This document shows, piece by piece, positions 16,849 to 26,805 of a DNA stretch of 64,000 bases; the first letter of the stretch is position 1; every line of letters begins with the position of its first letter. The notes beneath the pieces were generated by a model that worked only from the letters and a program-made list of their open reading frames with translations, did not search any database and was not told the origin of the DNA. This DNA is from Gammaproteobacteria bacterium. Lineage in GTDB: Bacteria > Pseudomonadota > Gammaproteobacteria > JAJPIJ01. Location of the stretch: the NCBI GenBank assembly GCA_022072255.1, contig JAJVHZ010000011.1, positions 108,927-172,926 of the forward strand, written 5' to 3'. Made by a program: the position numbers and the translations under genes.

Positions 16849-18996
16849 ATGGAAACCATGAGGACCAGCCCGCCGCTCGTACTCGTCGTCGATGACGACG
16901 TGACGGCGCGCGCGCTCGCGCGCGAGGCGCTCGAGGTCGCGGGGTTTGCCGTCGAGGAGGCGGGCAACGGCCGCGAGGCGCTCGAGCAGGCGCACGCCCG
17001 GACGCCGGACATCGTGCTGATGGACGTGCTGATGCCCGAGATGGACGGGTTCGAGGCGTGCGCGGCGCTGCGCGCGGAGCGCGCAACGCGACACGTTCCG
17101 GTCGTGATGATGACCGGCCTCGACGACGTCGCCTCCATCAATCGTGCCTACGAGGCGGGCGCGACCGATTTCACGTCCAAGCCGATCAACTATCTGCTGG
17201 TGGCGCATCGCATCCGCTACATCCTGCGCGCCAAGACGACGGCCGATAATCTGCGGGCCAGCGAGGCGCGTCTCGCCAATGCGCAACGCATCGCACGTCT
17301 CGGTCATTTCGAGTGGGAACTGGAATCCGGGCGTGTCTACTGCTCGCCGCAGGTCTACCGGCTGTTCGGCATTCCCGCCGATGGCAGCGTCGCGAACAAT
17401 CGCGCCCTGCTCCGCTTCATCCACCCGCGCGACCGCGTCCGGTTCGCCGGCGAGCTGCGCAGTGCCGTGACGACCGGCATGGGCTACAGCCTCGAGCACC
17501 GCGTCGTCCGTCGTGACAAGACGGTACGCATCATGTACCAGGAAGGCGAGATAGTACGGACGCCTGCCGGTCTGGCAGTCTCCGCGACGCTGCAGGACAT
17601 CACCGAGCGGCGCAACATGGAAAGAAAGGTGCTGAAGATCGCCAACTTCGACGCCACCACGGGGCTGCCCAACCGCCAGCTCATGCACCGTTATCTCACC
17701 GAGTCCATTGCCCACGCGAGGCGCAGCGCGGGCGTGGTCGTGGTCATGGCGATCGATCTCGACAACTTCTCCCGCGTCAACGACATCCTCGGCCACGGCG
17801 CCGGGGACGCCCTGCTGAAGGTCGTCGCCTCGCGCCTGGGATCCTGCATACAGCCCTGCAGCGCGATGGGACGCGTCGGCGAGGAACTGCAGCCAGACGG
17901 TGACATGCTCGCGCGCACGGGCGGAGACGAATTTACCGTCGTGCTCACCCGGCTGAAGGGGCTGGAGGACGCGGCCGCGCTGGCGCGCAAGCTGACCGAG
18001 TCGCTGGCGTTGCCGTTCTCCGCGGGCGAGAACGAGGTTTCCGTGAACGCCAGCATCGGCATCAGCGGCTTCCCCGCCGATGCGTCCGATGCCGACGTGC
18101 TGCTGCAGCAGGCCGACACCGCGCTGCATCACGCCAAGAACCTCGGGCGCAACCAGTGGGCCTTCAGCTCCGCGGCCATCAGTCGTCGCGTGACCGACCG
18201 ATTCCAGCTCGAGAGCGACCTGCGCCGGGCGCTGGTGGCGGGCCAGTTCGAGCTCCACTACCAGCCGAAGGTGAGGACCAGCGACGAGATGCCCGACGGC
18301 ATGGAGGCCCTGCTGCGCTGGCGTCATCCGGAGAAGGGATTGATCTCGCCCGCGACGTTCATCCCGATCGCCGAGGAGACCGGCCTCATCGTTCCGATCA
18401 GCGAGTGGATCATGTTCGAGGCATGCAGACAGGTGCAGGAGTGGCGACAGGCCGGCCTGCCGCCGCTGCGCGTGGCGATCAACGTCTCCTCGGCGCAGTT
18501 CCGCAACAGCGGCCTGCATCTGATCGTCGCGAACGCGCTGACCGGCACCGGCATCGACCCGGCCCTGGTGGAGCTCGAGTTGACCGAGAGCCTGTTGATG
18601 GAGGAGGGCGAGGCGAGCATACGGCTGATGCAGAAGCTGCGCGCGCTCGGCCTGTGGCTGTCGATCGACGATTTCGGAACCGGCTATTCCTCGCTCGGCT
18701 ACCTGAAGCGATTTCCCATCAACGCCCTGAAGATCGATCGTTCCTTCATCATGGAATCGGCCAACAGTCATGCCGACAGCGCCATCGTCGCGGGCATCAT
18801 CGCGCTGGCGCACAGTCTCGGCCTGAGCGTTGTCGCCGAGGGCGTGGAAACCGAAAAGCAGGTGCGTCTGCTGCGCGAGCTGAAGTGCGACGAAGTGCAG
18901 GGGTATTACTACAGCGCGCCGCTGCCGCCCCAACAGTTCGCGGCCTGGCTGCACGACCGCCTTCAGCCGGCGCTGAAGGCGGTCGCCTCGAACTGA
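16849..18996 (+). CDS. Response regulator with REC-PAS-GGDEF-EAL domains (c-di-GMP cyclase/phosphodiesterase)
   Basis: REC (LVVDDDV, LMDVLMPEMDG, TSKP). GGDEF (RTGGDEFTVVL). EAL (EALLRW, DDFGTGYSSL). 59 bp downstream of the hybrid histidine kinase. Confidence 0.85.
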   Translation: METMRTSPPLVLVVDDDVTARALAREALEVAGFAVEEAGNGREALEQAHARTPDIVLMDVLMPEMDGFEACAALRAERATRHVPVVMMTGLDDVASINRAYEAGATDFTSKPINYLLVAHRIRYILRAKTTADNLRASEARLANAQRIARLGHFEWELESGRVYCSPQVYRLFGIPADGSVANNRALLRFIHPRDRVRFAGELRSAVTTGMGYSLEHRVVRRDKTVRIMYQEGEIVRTPAGLAVSATLQDITERRNMERKVLKIANFDATTGLPNRQLMHRYLTESIAHARRSAGVVVVMAIDLDNFSRVNDILGHGAGDALLKVVASRLGSCIQPCSAMGRVGEELQPDGDMLARTGGDEFTVVLTRLKGLEDAAALARKLTESLALPFSAGENEVSVNASIGISGFPADASDADVLLQQADTALHHAKNLGRNQWAFSSAAISRRVTDRFQLESDLRRALVAGQFELHYQPKVRTSDEMPDGMEALLRWRHPEKGLISPATFIPIAEETGLIVPISEWIMFEACRQVQEWRQAGLPPLRVAINVSSAQFRNSGLHLIVANALTGTGIDPALVELELTESLLMEEGEASIRLMQKLRALGLWLSIDDFGTGYSSLGYLKRFPINALKIDRSFIMESANSHADSAIVAGIIALAHSLGLSVVAEGVETEKQVRLLRELKCDEVQGYYYSAPLPPQQFAAWLHDRLQPALKAVASN

Positions 18997-20346
18997 TTAC
19001 TGCGGATCCGGCGCGGCGGCTGCGTCGGCCGGAGGCGCTGCCGGGGTGGGCGGGGTCTCCGGCGTCGCCGTGGGCGGGCCGCCCGGCGGCATCTCCGGCA
19101 GCGACCCGGGATCCGGCGCGGCGGCCGGTGGCGGCGGTATGGGACGACCCTGCTCGTCGAAGTGCTCAACCGTCAGCGGGTCCGGCGGCGGTGCGACAGG
19201 CCCGGCGGGCTTCTGGAGCTCGACCTTGGCGACGAGGTCGTCCATGGTCTTGGTGAGCATGGCCTGCTTGTAATCCGGCAGTACGAACACCCAGTTCTGC
19301 ACGCGCTCGTTGAGGCCCCTGACCTCCTCGGCCACGGATTGGGCCGGCTTGGCCGCTTCCGCCGCGCCGCCCGCCTTGTCCTCGCCGCCGGGCAGGGGCA
19401 ATTCCGGTATCGCGGGCTGCTTGGCGATCTCTGCCGCGTCGGCGGTTACCGCCGCGGGATCGAAATCGAACGCGAACTGGCTGTATGTCTTGCCGTCCAC
19501 CGTCGCGGTCCTGATCCGGGCGATGAGGCCGTCGAAGCCCTTCAGCGTGGTGACGATCGCATCCGCCGGGAACGTCACATTGTTGCTGGCGCGCACGTCG
19601 TCGAATCGAAGCTCTTCCAGCACCGAGGCCAGGCTGGTGACCGTGGCCGTCGAGCGGACCTTGTAGCCGGTCGGCACGCCATCGAGGCCGAGGTCGATGT
19701 CGGTCGCCTTCTGACGGCTCATGCGCAGCGGATCCTTGCCCGGATGCTCGATCACGATCTCGCGTATGCGTGCGGCGGACACGCTGAGCAGCGCCCGATC
19801 CGTCCAGCTCAGCGGGTCCGACGGCAGCGACAGTTCGCCCTCGACGAGGTAGGACTGCTCCTCACCGGCCTTGCGTACGTAGTGCGCCGCCTTTATCGGG
19901 CCGCTGCTCGCAGCGCGCTCCTTGCCGACGATGAGCGAGGCGATCGCCCCTCCGGAGGCGTCTTTCAGCGTCACCTGGGTGGACTTGGAGCCTTCGGTGG
20001 CGACGTCCTCGACGCCGATGTGCGTGTACATCTCCGGCAGCCTGGTCTTCGGCTCGATGATCTTCAGCTCGCCCAGCGCGAGTATGGTGCGTTTGACGTC
20101 CTCGAACTTGGCCGGGTAGCCGTCGCGGTTTTCGATCTTCCACGCGGCGCCGTCGCCGACCAGCACCGTGCGGTTGGCGCGCGAGCCGATCTCCACGCGC
20201 TTGACATCGTTGACTCTCGACGCGAGGTCCGGAAACAGCGGCGGCGTGCCCACGTCGGTTTCGGGCGCGCGCAGGTGCGATACGTACCACGCCGCCCCGG
20301 CAACCAGCAGCGTTGCGGCAACAGCGATCAGGGATTTGCTCTTCAT
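18997..20346 (-). CDS. DUF4340-family protein, GldG-associated, with a Pro/Ala-rich C-terminal tail
   Basis: N-terminal signal/anchor MKSKSLIAVAATLLVAGAAWYV. Last gene of the ABC/GldG operon, the usual position of DUF4340. Confidence 0.65.
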   Translation of the reverse strand: MKSKSLIAVAATLLVAGAAWYVSHLRAPETDVGTPPLFPDLASRVNDVKRVEIGSRANRTVLVGDGAAWKIENRDGYPAKFEDVKRTILALGELKIIEPKTRLPEMYTHIGVEDVATEGSKSTQVTLKDASGGAIASLIVGKERAASSGPIKAAHYVRKAGEEQSYLVEGELSLPSDPLSWTDRALLSVSAARIREIVIEHPGKDPLRMSRQKATDIDLGLDGVPTGYKVRSTATVTSLASVLEELRFDDVRASNNVTFPADAIVTTLKGFDGLIARIRTATVDGKTYSQFAFDFDPAAVTADAAEIAKQPAIPELPLPGGEDKAGGAAEAAKPAQSVAEEVRGLNERVQNWVFVLPDYKQAMLTKTMDDLVAKVELQKPAGPVAPPPDPLTVEHFDEQGRPIPPPPAAAPDPGSLPEMPPGGPPTATPETPPTPAAPPADAAAAPDPQ

Positions 20347-20398
20347 ACGTTCCTGTTCACAGCCGTGTTGAATTCCGAAAGCGACCGACTCGCGGCAA

Positions 20399-22327
20399 TC
20401 AGCCCGTCGCGGGCGTGGTTCGCCGGGCGCGGCGCATGAGCGCGAACACGATGGCGAACGCGCCGAGCAGTACCGGCACCAGGCCGATGTTCACGATCCG
20501 CAGCCTGGTGCCCAGGCCCTCGATGTTCTTGCGCAGGTCGTGCTGCACGTCGCGCAGCTGCTTGCGCGTGTTGAGCATCTCCGCCCTGAATTTCTCGACC
20601 TCGGCCTTCTGCTGCGGGCTCATGAGCGTCCCGGCGCTCTGGTCCTTCTGCTGCTGCAACTCGGCAATCTTCTTCTCGGTCTCCTGCAGCCTGTCCTGCA
20701 GCGCGCGCTCCTTGCTCCTGAATTGCGCCTCCGCGTCCTTCTGGATCTGCTCGACCACCGTGAATGGCCGGCTCGAGCTGCCGCGGCTGCGCAGGCTGAT
20801 GAGGTCGCTGTTGCCGCCGAGGTTGTCGATGGCGTTGACCAGGAAATTGCCGTTGTCCGCGAAGGGCGTGGGCACGCGCACGCCCATCGACTGCTGCATG
20901 CGTATCCAGAAACTGTCCGCGAGCATGTCGGTGTCGGCGACCACGATGACGTTGATGGGCTGGGCGGACTCCTCGACATGGTCGGGCTTGATGATCGTTT
21001 CCTTGGCGGCGTTCTCGCCATCGGCCGGCTGCCCGGCCGCGTCCGGTCCCGCCTTCTCGACCTTGCCGCCGGGGAACGCCGACGCGACCTTGCCGGTCAC
21101 GCGCGCGGCGAGCATCTCCGGCTTGCCCTCGGGCTTGAAGCTCTCGAGCAGGCCGCGCGGGTCGCGCACGATCATCACGGCCTCGGCATCGAGCAGGCCC
21201 GAATTGCTGCCGGTCTCGATCAACGGGGTGATCGTGGTCGTGGCGCCCTCCAGCCGTTGCAGCACGCCGCTGCTGCCGACATTGATGAGCTTGAGCTGAC
21301 TGGTGGTGAAGTCCTCGCGATTGAGGTTCTTCTCCTCCAGGTGCAGCCACGGCAGATACTCGATTTCCTGCGGCCCGCGATTGCCGGTGTAGGAAACGCG
21401 GATGGCCGCATCGGGGTCGGCGGCGATCTTGCCTTCGAGGAGTTTCAGTCCCCATGCCTTGAGCAGCTTGGGCAGATCCGACTTGTGCTCCGGAAGCACC
21501 GTGGGATTGGCCGGGTCGGGCGCCGCGCTGTCGTTCTCGGCGGAGGGATCCACGAACACCATCGCCTTGCCGCCCTTCAGCACGAACTGGTCGATCGCGT
21601 ACTGCGTCTCCTCCGACAGATTCACCGGATGGATCACGACCAGTGTGTCGATGTCCTTGTCGATGCTGACGAGGTCGGTGCGCAGCTCGCGCAGGTCGAA
21701 GGCCTCGCGCAGCACCGGCACCACGGTCCACGGCTGGGACGGCCGGCCGTACGGGTCCGGCGTGCCGAAGATGGGCAGGCCGCTGATGACGCCGACCACG
21801 CGCTTCTTCGGGTGCGCGAGGTTGTAGACGAGCTTGGTCAGGTCATACTCCAGCGCCTGTTCCTGGCTCGGGTCGAAGAAGGGGATGGCGATCTCCTGAT
21901 CGACGGAGTTCGTGCCGACCACACCGAAGTAGGCCATGTCGCCGACCTCGGTCACCGGCAGCTGCCGGATGCCGAAGGCTACCGCCTGATCCTCGGCCTC
22001 CGAGAACGGCTCCGGATCGATGACGGTGAGCTTGATCTGTCCGCCCGAGCGGCTCGCGTACTCCTCGAGCAGATCGCGAACCCGCACGCCATAGGTCTGC
22101 AGATCCGGATAGCCGGCCAGCAGCTTGTTTGAAAAGAAGAAGCGCAGGTTGATCGGCTCCCGGAGCGAATCGAGAATGTTGCGCGTGCCCTGCGACAGCG
22201 TGAACAGCCTGTTCTCCGTGACGTCCAGCCGCATCGAGGTGAGCGTCTGGTTGCCGATGATGTTGACGGCCAGGAAGGCCACCAGCGCGAGCAGCAGGCC
22301 ACCGCCGGACAGTAACCGTGTGTTCAT
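20399..22327 (-). CDS. GldG-family auxiliary component of an ABC-2 exporter
   Basis: 642 aa with N- and C-terminal TM anchors (LLLALVAFLAVNIIG; GLVPVLLGAFAIVFALM) and a large extracytoplasmic domain. Synteny ATPase > permease > GldG > DUF4340. Confidence 0.75.
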   Translation of the reverse strand: MNTRLLSGGGLLLALVAFLAVNIIGNQTLTSMRLDVTENRLFTLSQGTRNILDSLREPINLRFFFSNKLLAGYPDLQTYGVRVRDLLEEYASRSGGQIKLTVIDPEPFSEAEDQAVAFGIRQLPVTEVGDMAYFGVVGTNSVDQEIAIPFFDPSQEQALEYDLTKLVYNLAHPKKRVVGVISGLPIFGTPDPYGRPSQPWTVVPVLREAFDLRELRTDLVSIDKDIDTLVVIHPVNLSEETQYAIDQFVLKGGKAMVFVDPSAENDSAAPDPANPTVLPEHKSDLPKLLKAWGLKLLEGKIAADPDAAIRVSYTGNRGPQEIEYLPWLHLEEKNLNREDFTTSQLKLINVGSSGVLQRLEGATTTITPLIETGSNSGLLDAEAVMIVRDPRGLLESFKPEGKPEMLAARVTGKVASAFPGGKVEKAGPDAAGQPADGENAAKETIIKPDHVEESAQPINVIVVADTDMLADSFWIRMQQSMGVRVPTPFADNGNFLVNAIDNLGGNSDLISLRSRGSSSRPFTVVEQIQKDAEAQFRSKERALQDRLQETEKKIAELQQQKDQSAGTLMSPQQKAEVEKFRAEMLNTRKQLRDVQHDLRKNIEGLGTRLRIVNIGLVPVLLGAFAIVFALMRRARRTTPATG

Positions 22328-22348
22328 GTCTCGTTTTCCTCGTCGGAC

Positions 22349-23083
22349 CTAGCCGGCCTTCTTCATGTCGATGACCAGCGTGTTCGCGTACAGCCAGAAT
22401 GCTATCAGGGTGCCGAAGTACAGCACGTCGCGCGCGTCGATCACGCCCTTCTTGATGGAATCGAAGTGTGTGAGGAAGCTGAAGGAGCTGATCGCGTCGA
22501 CAACCGCCTGCGGGGCCCAGGCGCGGAAGAAGTCCAGCACGATCGAATAGCCGCTCAGGATGATCAAGAAGCAGATCACCACGCTGATGACGAAGGCGAT
22601 GACCTGATTCTTCGTAAGCGCGGAAATGCATGAGCCGATGGCGAGAAACCCGCCCGCCATCAGCAGGCTGCCGAGATAGCCGAAAAGGATGACCGTGTTG
22701 TCCGGGTTGCCCAGGTAATTGACGGTGATCCACATCGGGAAGGTCAGTGCGAGGGCGATCGCGGTGAAGCACCAGGCCGCGAGAAATTTGCCCAGCACCG
22801 CCTCGCCCAGTGTCACCGGCAGCGTCATCAAAAGTTCGATGGTCCCACTTTTCCGCTCCTCCGACCAAAGGCGCATGGAGATGGCGGGAATGAGGAACAG
22901 GTACAGCCACGGATGGAACCGGAAGAACGGCTCGAGATCCGCCTGCCCGCGCTCGAAGAAGCCGCCGATGTAAAACGTGAATATCCCGGTGAGGAACAGG
23001 AAGATCACGATGAAGACGTACGCCACGGGCGTGGCGAAATAGCCGCGCAGCTCGCGCTTGAAGATCGACAGGATGTTCTTCAC
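22349..23083 (-). CDS. ABC-2 family transporter permease (GldF-like)
   Basis: 244-aa, 6-TM permease. GTG start overlaps the ATPase stop (GTGA). Confidence 0.75.
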   Translation of the reverse strand: MKNILSIFKRELRGYFATPVAYVFIVIFLFLTGIFTFYIGGFFERGQADLEPFFRFHPWLYLFLIPAISMRLWSEERKSGTIELLMTLPVTLGEAVLGKFLAAWCFTAIALALTFPMWITVNYLGNPDNTVILFGYLGSLLMAGGFLAIGSCISALTKNQVIAFVISVVICFLIILSGYSIVLDFFRAWAPQAVVDAISSFSFLTHFDSIKKGVIDARDVLYFGTLIAFWLYANTLVIDMKKAG

Positions 23084-24042
23084 GTGCGCGCCCCTCCGCT
23101 CGCCTGCTGCGTGGTAATCGTGCGGAAGACCTCATCCAGACGCCCGGACTCGACCCGGACCTCCGTCGCAGTCCAGCCGCGGGTCCGGACGAAGTCGGTG
23201 ACCTCGTTGATGATGTTCGTGCCGGCCGCGGGCACGACGGTGAGGCGGGTGTTGCCGCTGCTGTCGGTCCTGATGTCCACGCTGTCGACGTTTCCCAGCG
23301 CGCTCAATTCCCGCTGCGCGGCGAAGGAATCGCGGTTCACCGAGAGCGTGACGGCATTGTGCAGGCGCGACCGCGCCTCCAGCTCCCCCGGCGTGCCCTC
23401 GAACAGCAGTCGGCCGCCGGCGATGATGATCGCGCGCGTGCACACGGAGTCGACCTCTTCCAGGATGTGCGTGGAGATGACGATCGCCTTGGTGCTGGCC
23501 ATCTCCCGTATGAGCGTGCGCACCTCGTGCTTCTGGTTGGGGTCCAGGCCGTCGGTGGGCTCGTCCATGATCAGCACCTCCGGGTCGTGCAGGATCGCCT
23601 GCGCCAGGCCAACGCGCCGCTTGTAACCCTTCGAGAGCGTCTCGATGCGCTGCTCGAGCACGGCCTCGAGATGGATGCTGCGAACCACCTCGCCGATGCG
23701 ATCCTGCAGATGCCGCCCGCGCAGGCCGCGGATCTCGCCGATGAATTCGAGGAAGCTCACGGGTGTCATCTCGCCGTAGGCGGGCGCACCCTCCGGGAGG
23801 TAGCCGATCCTGCTCTTCAACTGCACGGGCTCCTCGTGCAGGTCGTGGCCGCAAACCCGCACGCGCCCGGCGGTGGGCTCGAGGAAGCCGGTGATCATCT
23901 TCATCGCGGTGGACTTGCCGGCCCCGTTGGGGCCGAGGAATCCAAGCACGTCGCCGCGCGCGACGTTGAAGGAGATGTCCCGCACCGCGTGCAAGCTGCC
24001 GAAGCTCTTGCTCAGGTTCTGGACTTCTATTGCGTATGACAT
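23080..24042 (-). CDS. ABC transporter ATP-binding protein (GldA-like)
   Basis: Walker A GPNGAGKST, signature LSKGYKRRVGLAQA, Walker B LIMDEPTDGLD. Confidence 0.85.
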   Translation of the reverse strand: MSYAIEVQNLSKSFGSLHAVRDISFNVARGDVLGFLGPNGAGKSTAMKMITGFLEPTAGRVRVCGHDLHEEPVQLKSRIGYLPEGAPAYGEMTPVSFLEFIGEIRGLRGRHLQDRIGEVVRSIHLEAVLEQRIETLSKGYKRRVGLAQAILHDPEVLIMDEPTDGLDPNQKHEVRTLIREMASTKAIVISTHILEEVDSVCTRAIIIAGGRLLFEGTPGELEARSRLHNAVTLSVNRDSFAAQRELSALGNVDSVDIRTDSSGNTRLTVVPAAGTNIINEVTDFVRTRGWTATEVRVESGRLDEVFRTITTQQASGGART

Positions 24043-24268
24043 GAAAGGCTCCCGTTCCGGTTCTCTGTGCCCGGGGCATCGCCCGGCGCCGGATCTGAGC
24101 GAGTATCAATGGTTATTGCCGCTGGCTGAAGCCAGGCTCGCCGAGGGCGGTCCGCAGCGGCGCGCCAATGTTCCACAACGCCGCGGGGGCGTCAACCTTG
24201 GCGCTACGAGGCTGTTAGTCCGCCGGGAACGGGCGGAGTTCCGGGGCCGCCGACCGGCGGCGCCGGAT

Positions 24269-25135
24269 TCAGTTGTACTGGGAACGCTTCAGGCGATAGA
24301 GCGCGGAGATGTCCTCGTCGCCGTGCCCTTCGGACATGAGCCGCTCGTAGTCGCCGAGCGTGGCGTCCACGACGGCGAGGTAGCCGGCCAGCCTTTCCCT
24401 GGCCATCTCCCGCACGATCGTGAGGTCTTTGTGGTGCAGCGCCAGCTTGAATCCGGGGGCGTAGGTGCCGGCGACCATCGTGCGGCCGCGCTTGTCGAGG
24501 AACCAGTTGGCCGCCGCGCCGCTGCCCACGACCGCGATCACCTTTTCCATGTCAAGGCCCATGGCCGCGCCGAAGGCGAGCGCCTCGGTCACGGCGTGAT
24601 TGATGCCGGCCACCATGATCTGGTTGACCGCCTTGGTGGCCTGGCCGCTGCCGCTCGGCCCCATGTGCACGATCTTCGCGGCGATCGCCGAGAGCAGCGG
24701 CCGAGCCCGCTCGAGGGCCGCCCCGTCCCCGCCGACCATCATCGCGAGCTTTGCATCGCGGGCGCCTTCCACGCCGCCCGAGACCGGGCAGTCGAGGAAG
24801 TGCGCCGCGTGCGCGGCAAGCCTGTGCGCCGCCTCTCTTGCGGTGGCCGCGCTGACGGTCGAGGTGTCGCAGACGATCGCATCGGGCCGGATGCGGGGAG
24901 TCATCGCGTCGACCACCTCCAGGACGTCGGCATCGCGCGAGACGCAGGTGATGATGACATCCGCGGCGGCCGCGACATCGCGTGGCGAGCTCGCCCGCAG
25001 CACGTTCGCTCCGACCGGCAATGCCGCCGTTCGTTGCGCAGTACGATTCCAGATTGCCGCCAGCAGGCCGGCCTTGTCGAGGTTGACGGCCATGTGCGAG
25101 CCCATCGCGCCCAATCCGATCACACCGGCTTTCAT
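24269..25135 (-). CDS. NAD(P)-dependent oxidoreductase, 3-hydroxyisobutyrate/tartronate-semialdehyde dehydrogenase family
   Basis: N-terminal Rossmann GVIGLGAMGSHMAVNL and the beta-hydroxyacid dehydrogenase core DCPVSGG...KAVNQ. Confidence 0.8.
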   Translation of the reverse strand: MKAGVIGLGAMGSHMAVNLDKAGLLAAIWNRTAQRTAALPVGANVLRASSPRDVAAAADVIITCVSRDADVLEVVDAMTPRIRPDAIVCDTSTVSAATAREAAHRLAAHAAHFLDCPVSGGVEGARDAKLAMMVGGDGAALERARPLLSAIAAKIVHMGPSGSGQATKAVNQIMVAGINHAVTEALAFGAAMGLDMEKVIAVVGSGAAANWFLDKRGRTMVAGTYAPGFKLALHHKDLTIVREMARERLAGYLAVVDATLGDYERLMSEGHGDEDISALYRLKRSQYN

Positions 25136-25201
25136 ACGTGTTCTGCCCCCGTGAGTCCTTGTCTGCCCGGCGCGCCGCGAGGTCTTTCCGCCGCGTCGGA
25201 T

Positions 25202-26614
25202 TCAACCGCGGGCCTGGCGATGGTGCTCCGCGAGCACCTCGGAGACGCAGCAGGTGAGCCGCTTGGCGGTCGGTATGTGCAGGAATTCGTTCGGCCCATG
25301 CGCGTTGGAGCGCGGCCCCAGGACGCCGGTGATGACGAACTGCGCGGCCGGAAACTTCTCGCCCAGCATGGCCATGAACGGGATGGTGCCGCCCTCGCCC
25401 ATGTAGACGGCGGGCTTCCCGAAGTACGCCTGTGAGGAGGATTCCAGCGCCCGCGTGAGCCACGGCGCCTCGGCGGGCGCATTCCATCCGCTCGCCGCCC
25501 AGTCGGGCGTGAAGCGCACCCGCGAGTTGTAGGGCGGATCGCGTTCGAGCAGCGCCTTGAGGACCTGCGAGGCCTTGCCGCCGTCGCAGCCCGGCGGCAG
25601 GCGCAGCGAGATCTTTATCGAATTCGCCGGCAGCGCGACGTTGCCCGCGTTCGCGATCGCCGGCAGTCCGCCGGCGCCGGTGATCGCGAGCGCCGGCCGC
25701 CAGGTCGTGTTGAGGATGAGTTCCGCAGCATCCTCGGTCACGGGCCGCACGTCCCGGGAGAAGGGGAGCTTGCGCGCCACGTCGCCCAGCACGGCGGCGG
25801 CGGCCCGCGCCTGTGCGACCCGATGCGCGGGTATCTCGACGTGGAACTCGCGCGCAATGATCCTTCCGTCCCCGGCCGCCTCGAGCCTCTCCAGCAGCTG
25901 CCGCAGGATGCGGAAACAGCCGGGCGCGACGCCGCTGGCGGCGCCGGAGTGCACGCCCTCGCGCATCACCTCGACCTCGAGCACCCCGCCGATGAGCCCC
26001 CGCAGCGAGGTGGTGACCCAGAGCTGATCGTAATTGCCGCAGCCGGAGTCCAGGCAGATGACCAGCGACGGGCTGCCGATGCGCTCCTGCAGCGCGTCGA
26101 TGTAGAAGGGCAGATCGAAGCTGCCGCTCTCCTCGCAGGCCTCGATGATGACGACACAGCGCGCGTGCGGGATGCTCTGCTCCTGCAACAGCATGATGGC
26201 CGTCAGTGAGGCGAACATCGCATAGCCGTCGTCGGCGCCGCCCCGCCCGTACAGCCGGTCTCCATCGATCACCGGCCGCCAGGGGCCCAGGTCCTCGCGC
26301 CAGCCTGTCATCTCCGGCTGCTTGTCGAGATGGCCGTAGAGCAGCACGGTGTCCCCGCCGGCCCCCGGGATTTCCATATATATGAGTGGGGTGCGGCCCG
26401 GCAGCCTGACGACCTCGAGCAGCAGCCCGCGCACCCCGGCGCCGCGCGCCCAGCGCTCGAACCGCCGCACGACCTCCTCCATGTGCCCGTGCGCCTGCCA
26501 GTCCGCATCGAACGCCGGCGACTTGTTGGGAATCCTGATGTACTCGACGAGCTCGGGGACCACCGAACCGTCCCACAGCTCGCTGACGAAACGTTGGGCG
26601 GATGCGCGATTCAT
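25202..26614 (-). CDS. M20/M25/M40-family metallopeptidase (dipeptidase-type)
   Basis: Metal-ligand blocks LLYGHLDKQP, GRGGADDGY and IIEACEESGS. The start was re-set to MNRASAQRF (ATG 26614..26612 verified); the track ORF starts 36 codons upstream. Confidence 0.75.
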   Translation of the reverse strand: MNRASAQRFVSELWDGSVVPELVEYIRIPNKSPAFDADWQAHGHMEEVVRRFERWARGAGVRGLLLEVVRLPGRTPLIYMEIPGAGGDTVLLYGHLDKQPEMTGWREDLGPWRPVIDGDRLYGRGGADDGYAMFASLTAIMLLQEQSIPHARCVVIIEACEESGSFDLPFYIDALQERIGSPSLVICLDSGCGNYDQLWVTTSLRGLIGGVLEVEVMREGVHSGAASGVAPGCFRILRQLLERLEAAGDGRIIAREFHVEIPAHRVAQARAAAAVLGDVARKLPFSRDVRPVTEDAAELILNTTWRPALAITGAGGLPAIANAGNVALPANSIKISLRLPPGCDGGKASQVLKALLERDPPYNSRVRFTPDWAASGWNAPAEAPWLTRALESSSQAYFGKPAVYMGEGGTIPFMAMLGEKFPAAQFVITGVLGPRSNAHGPNEFLHIPTAKRLTCCVSEVLAEHHRQARG

Positions 26615-26805
26615 GCGCCCAGTGTAGCGGCGCGATCGGCACCGGCAAAGGGTCTGGATCGCCGTCGCGCTTGCGGAGCGTGACGCTGCGATGCGCCGCG
26701 GGCGGGGACGATCATTGAACAATTCCTGCCGATGGTGTCACATCGTTCATGCGCCGGTAATAGAATGGCGCGTCGGCGATTGAACGAGATGATCCGGGGC
26801 GCGGG

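Noticed and set aside
13821-17141. 1106-aa minus-strand ORF, and the 16738..18954 738-aa minus-strand ORF
   Set aside because: Antisense to the hybrid histidine kinase and the REC-GGDEF-EAL genes, which have clear domain motifs. The translations are Arg/Gly-rich without motifs.
19162-22132. Several 400-530-aa ORFs on both strands (19162..20439 +, 20343..21731 -, 20540..22132 +) over the DUF4340 and GldG genes
   Set aside because: Out-of-frame or antisense shadows. Only the 18997..20346 and 20399..22327 frames give membrane-anchored, non-degenerate proteins with operon-consistent boundaries.
24552-26648. 698-aa minus-strand ORF overlapping the oxidoreductase and M20 peptidase genes in another frame
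   Set aside because: Arg-rich junk translation (…RRGARAAARGRQAAGPHP…). The real genes in the other frames have catalytic motifs.
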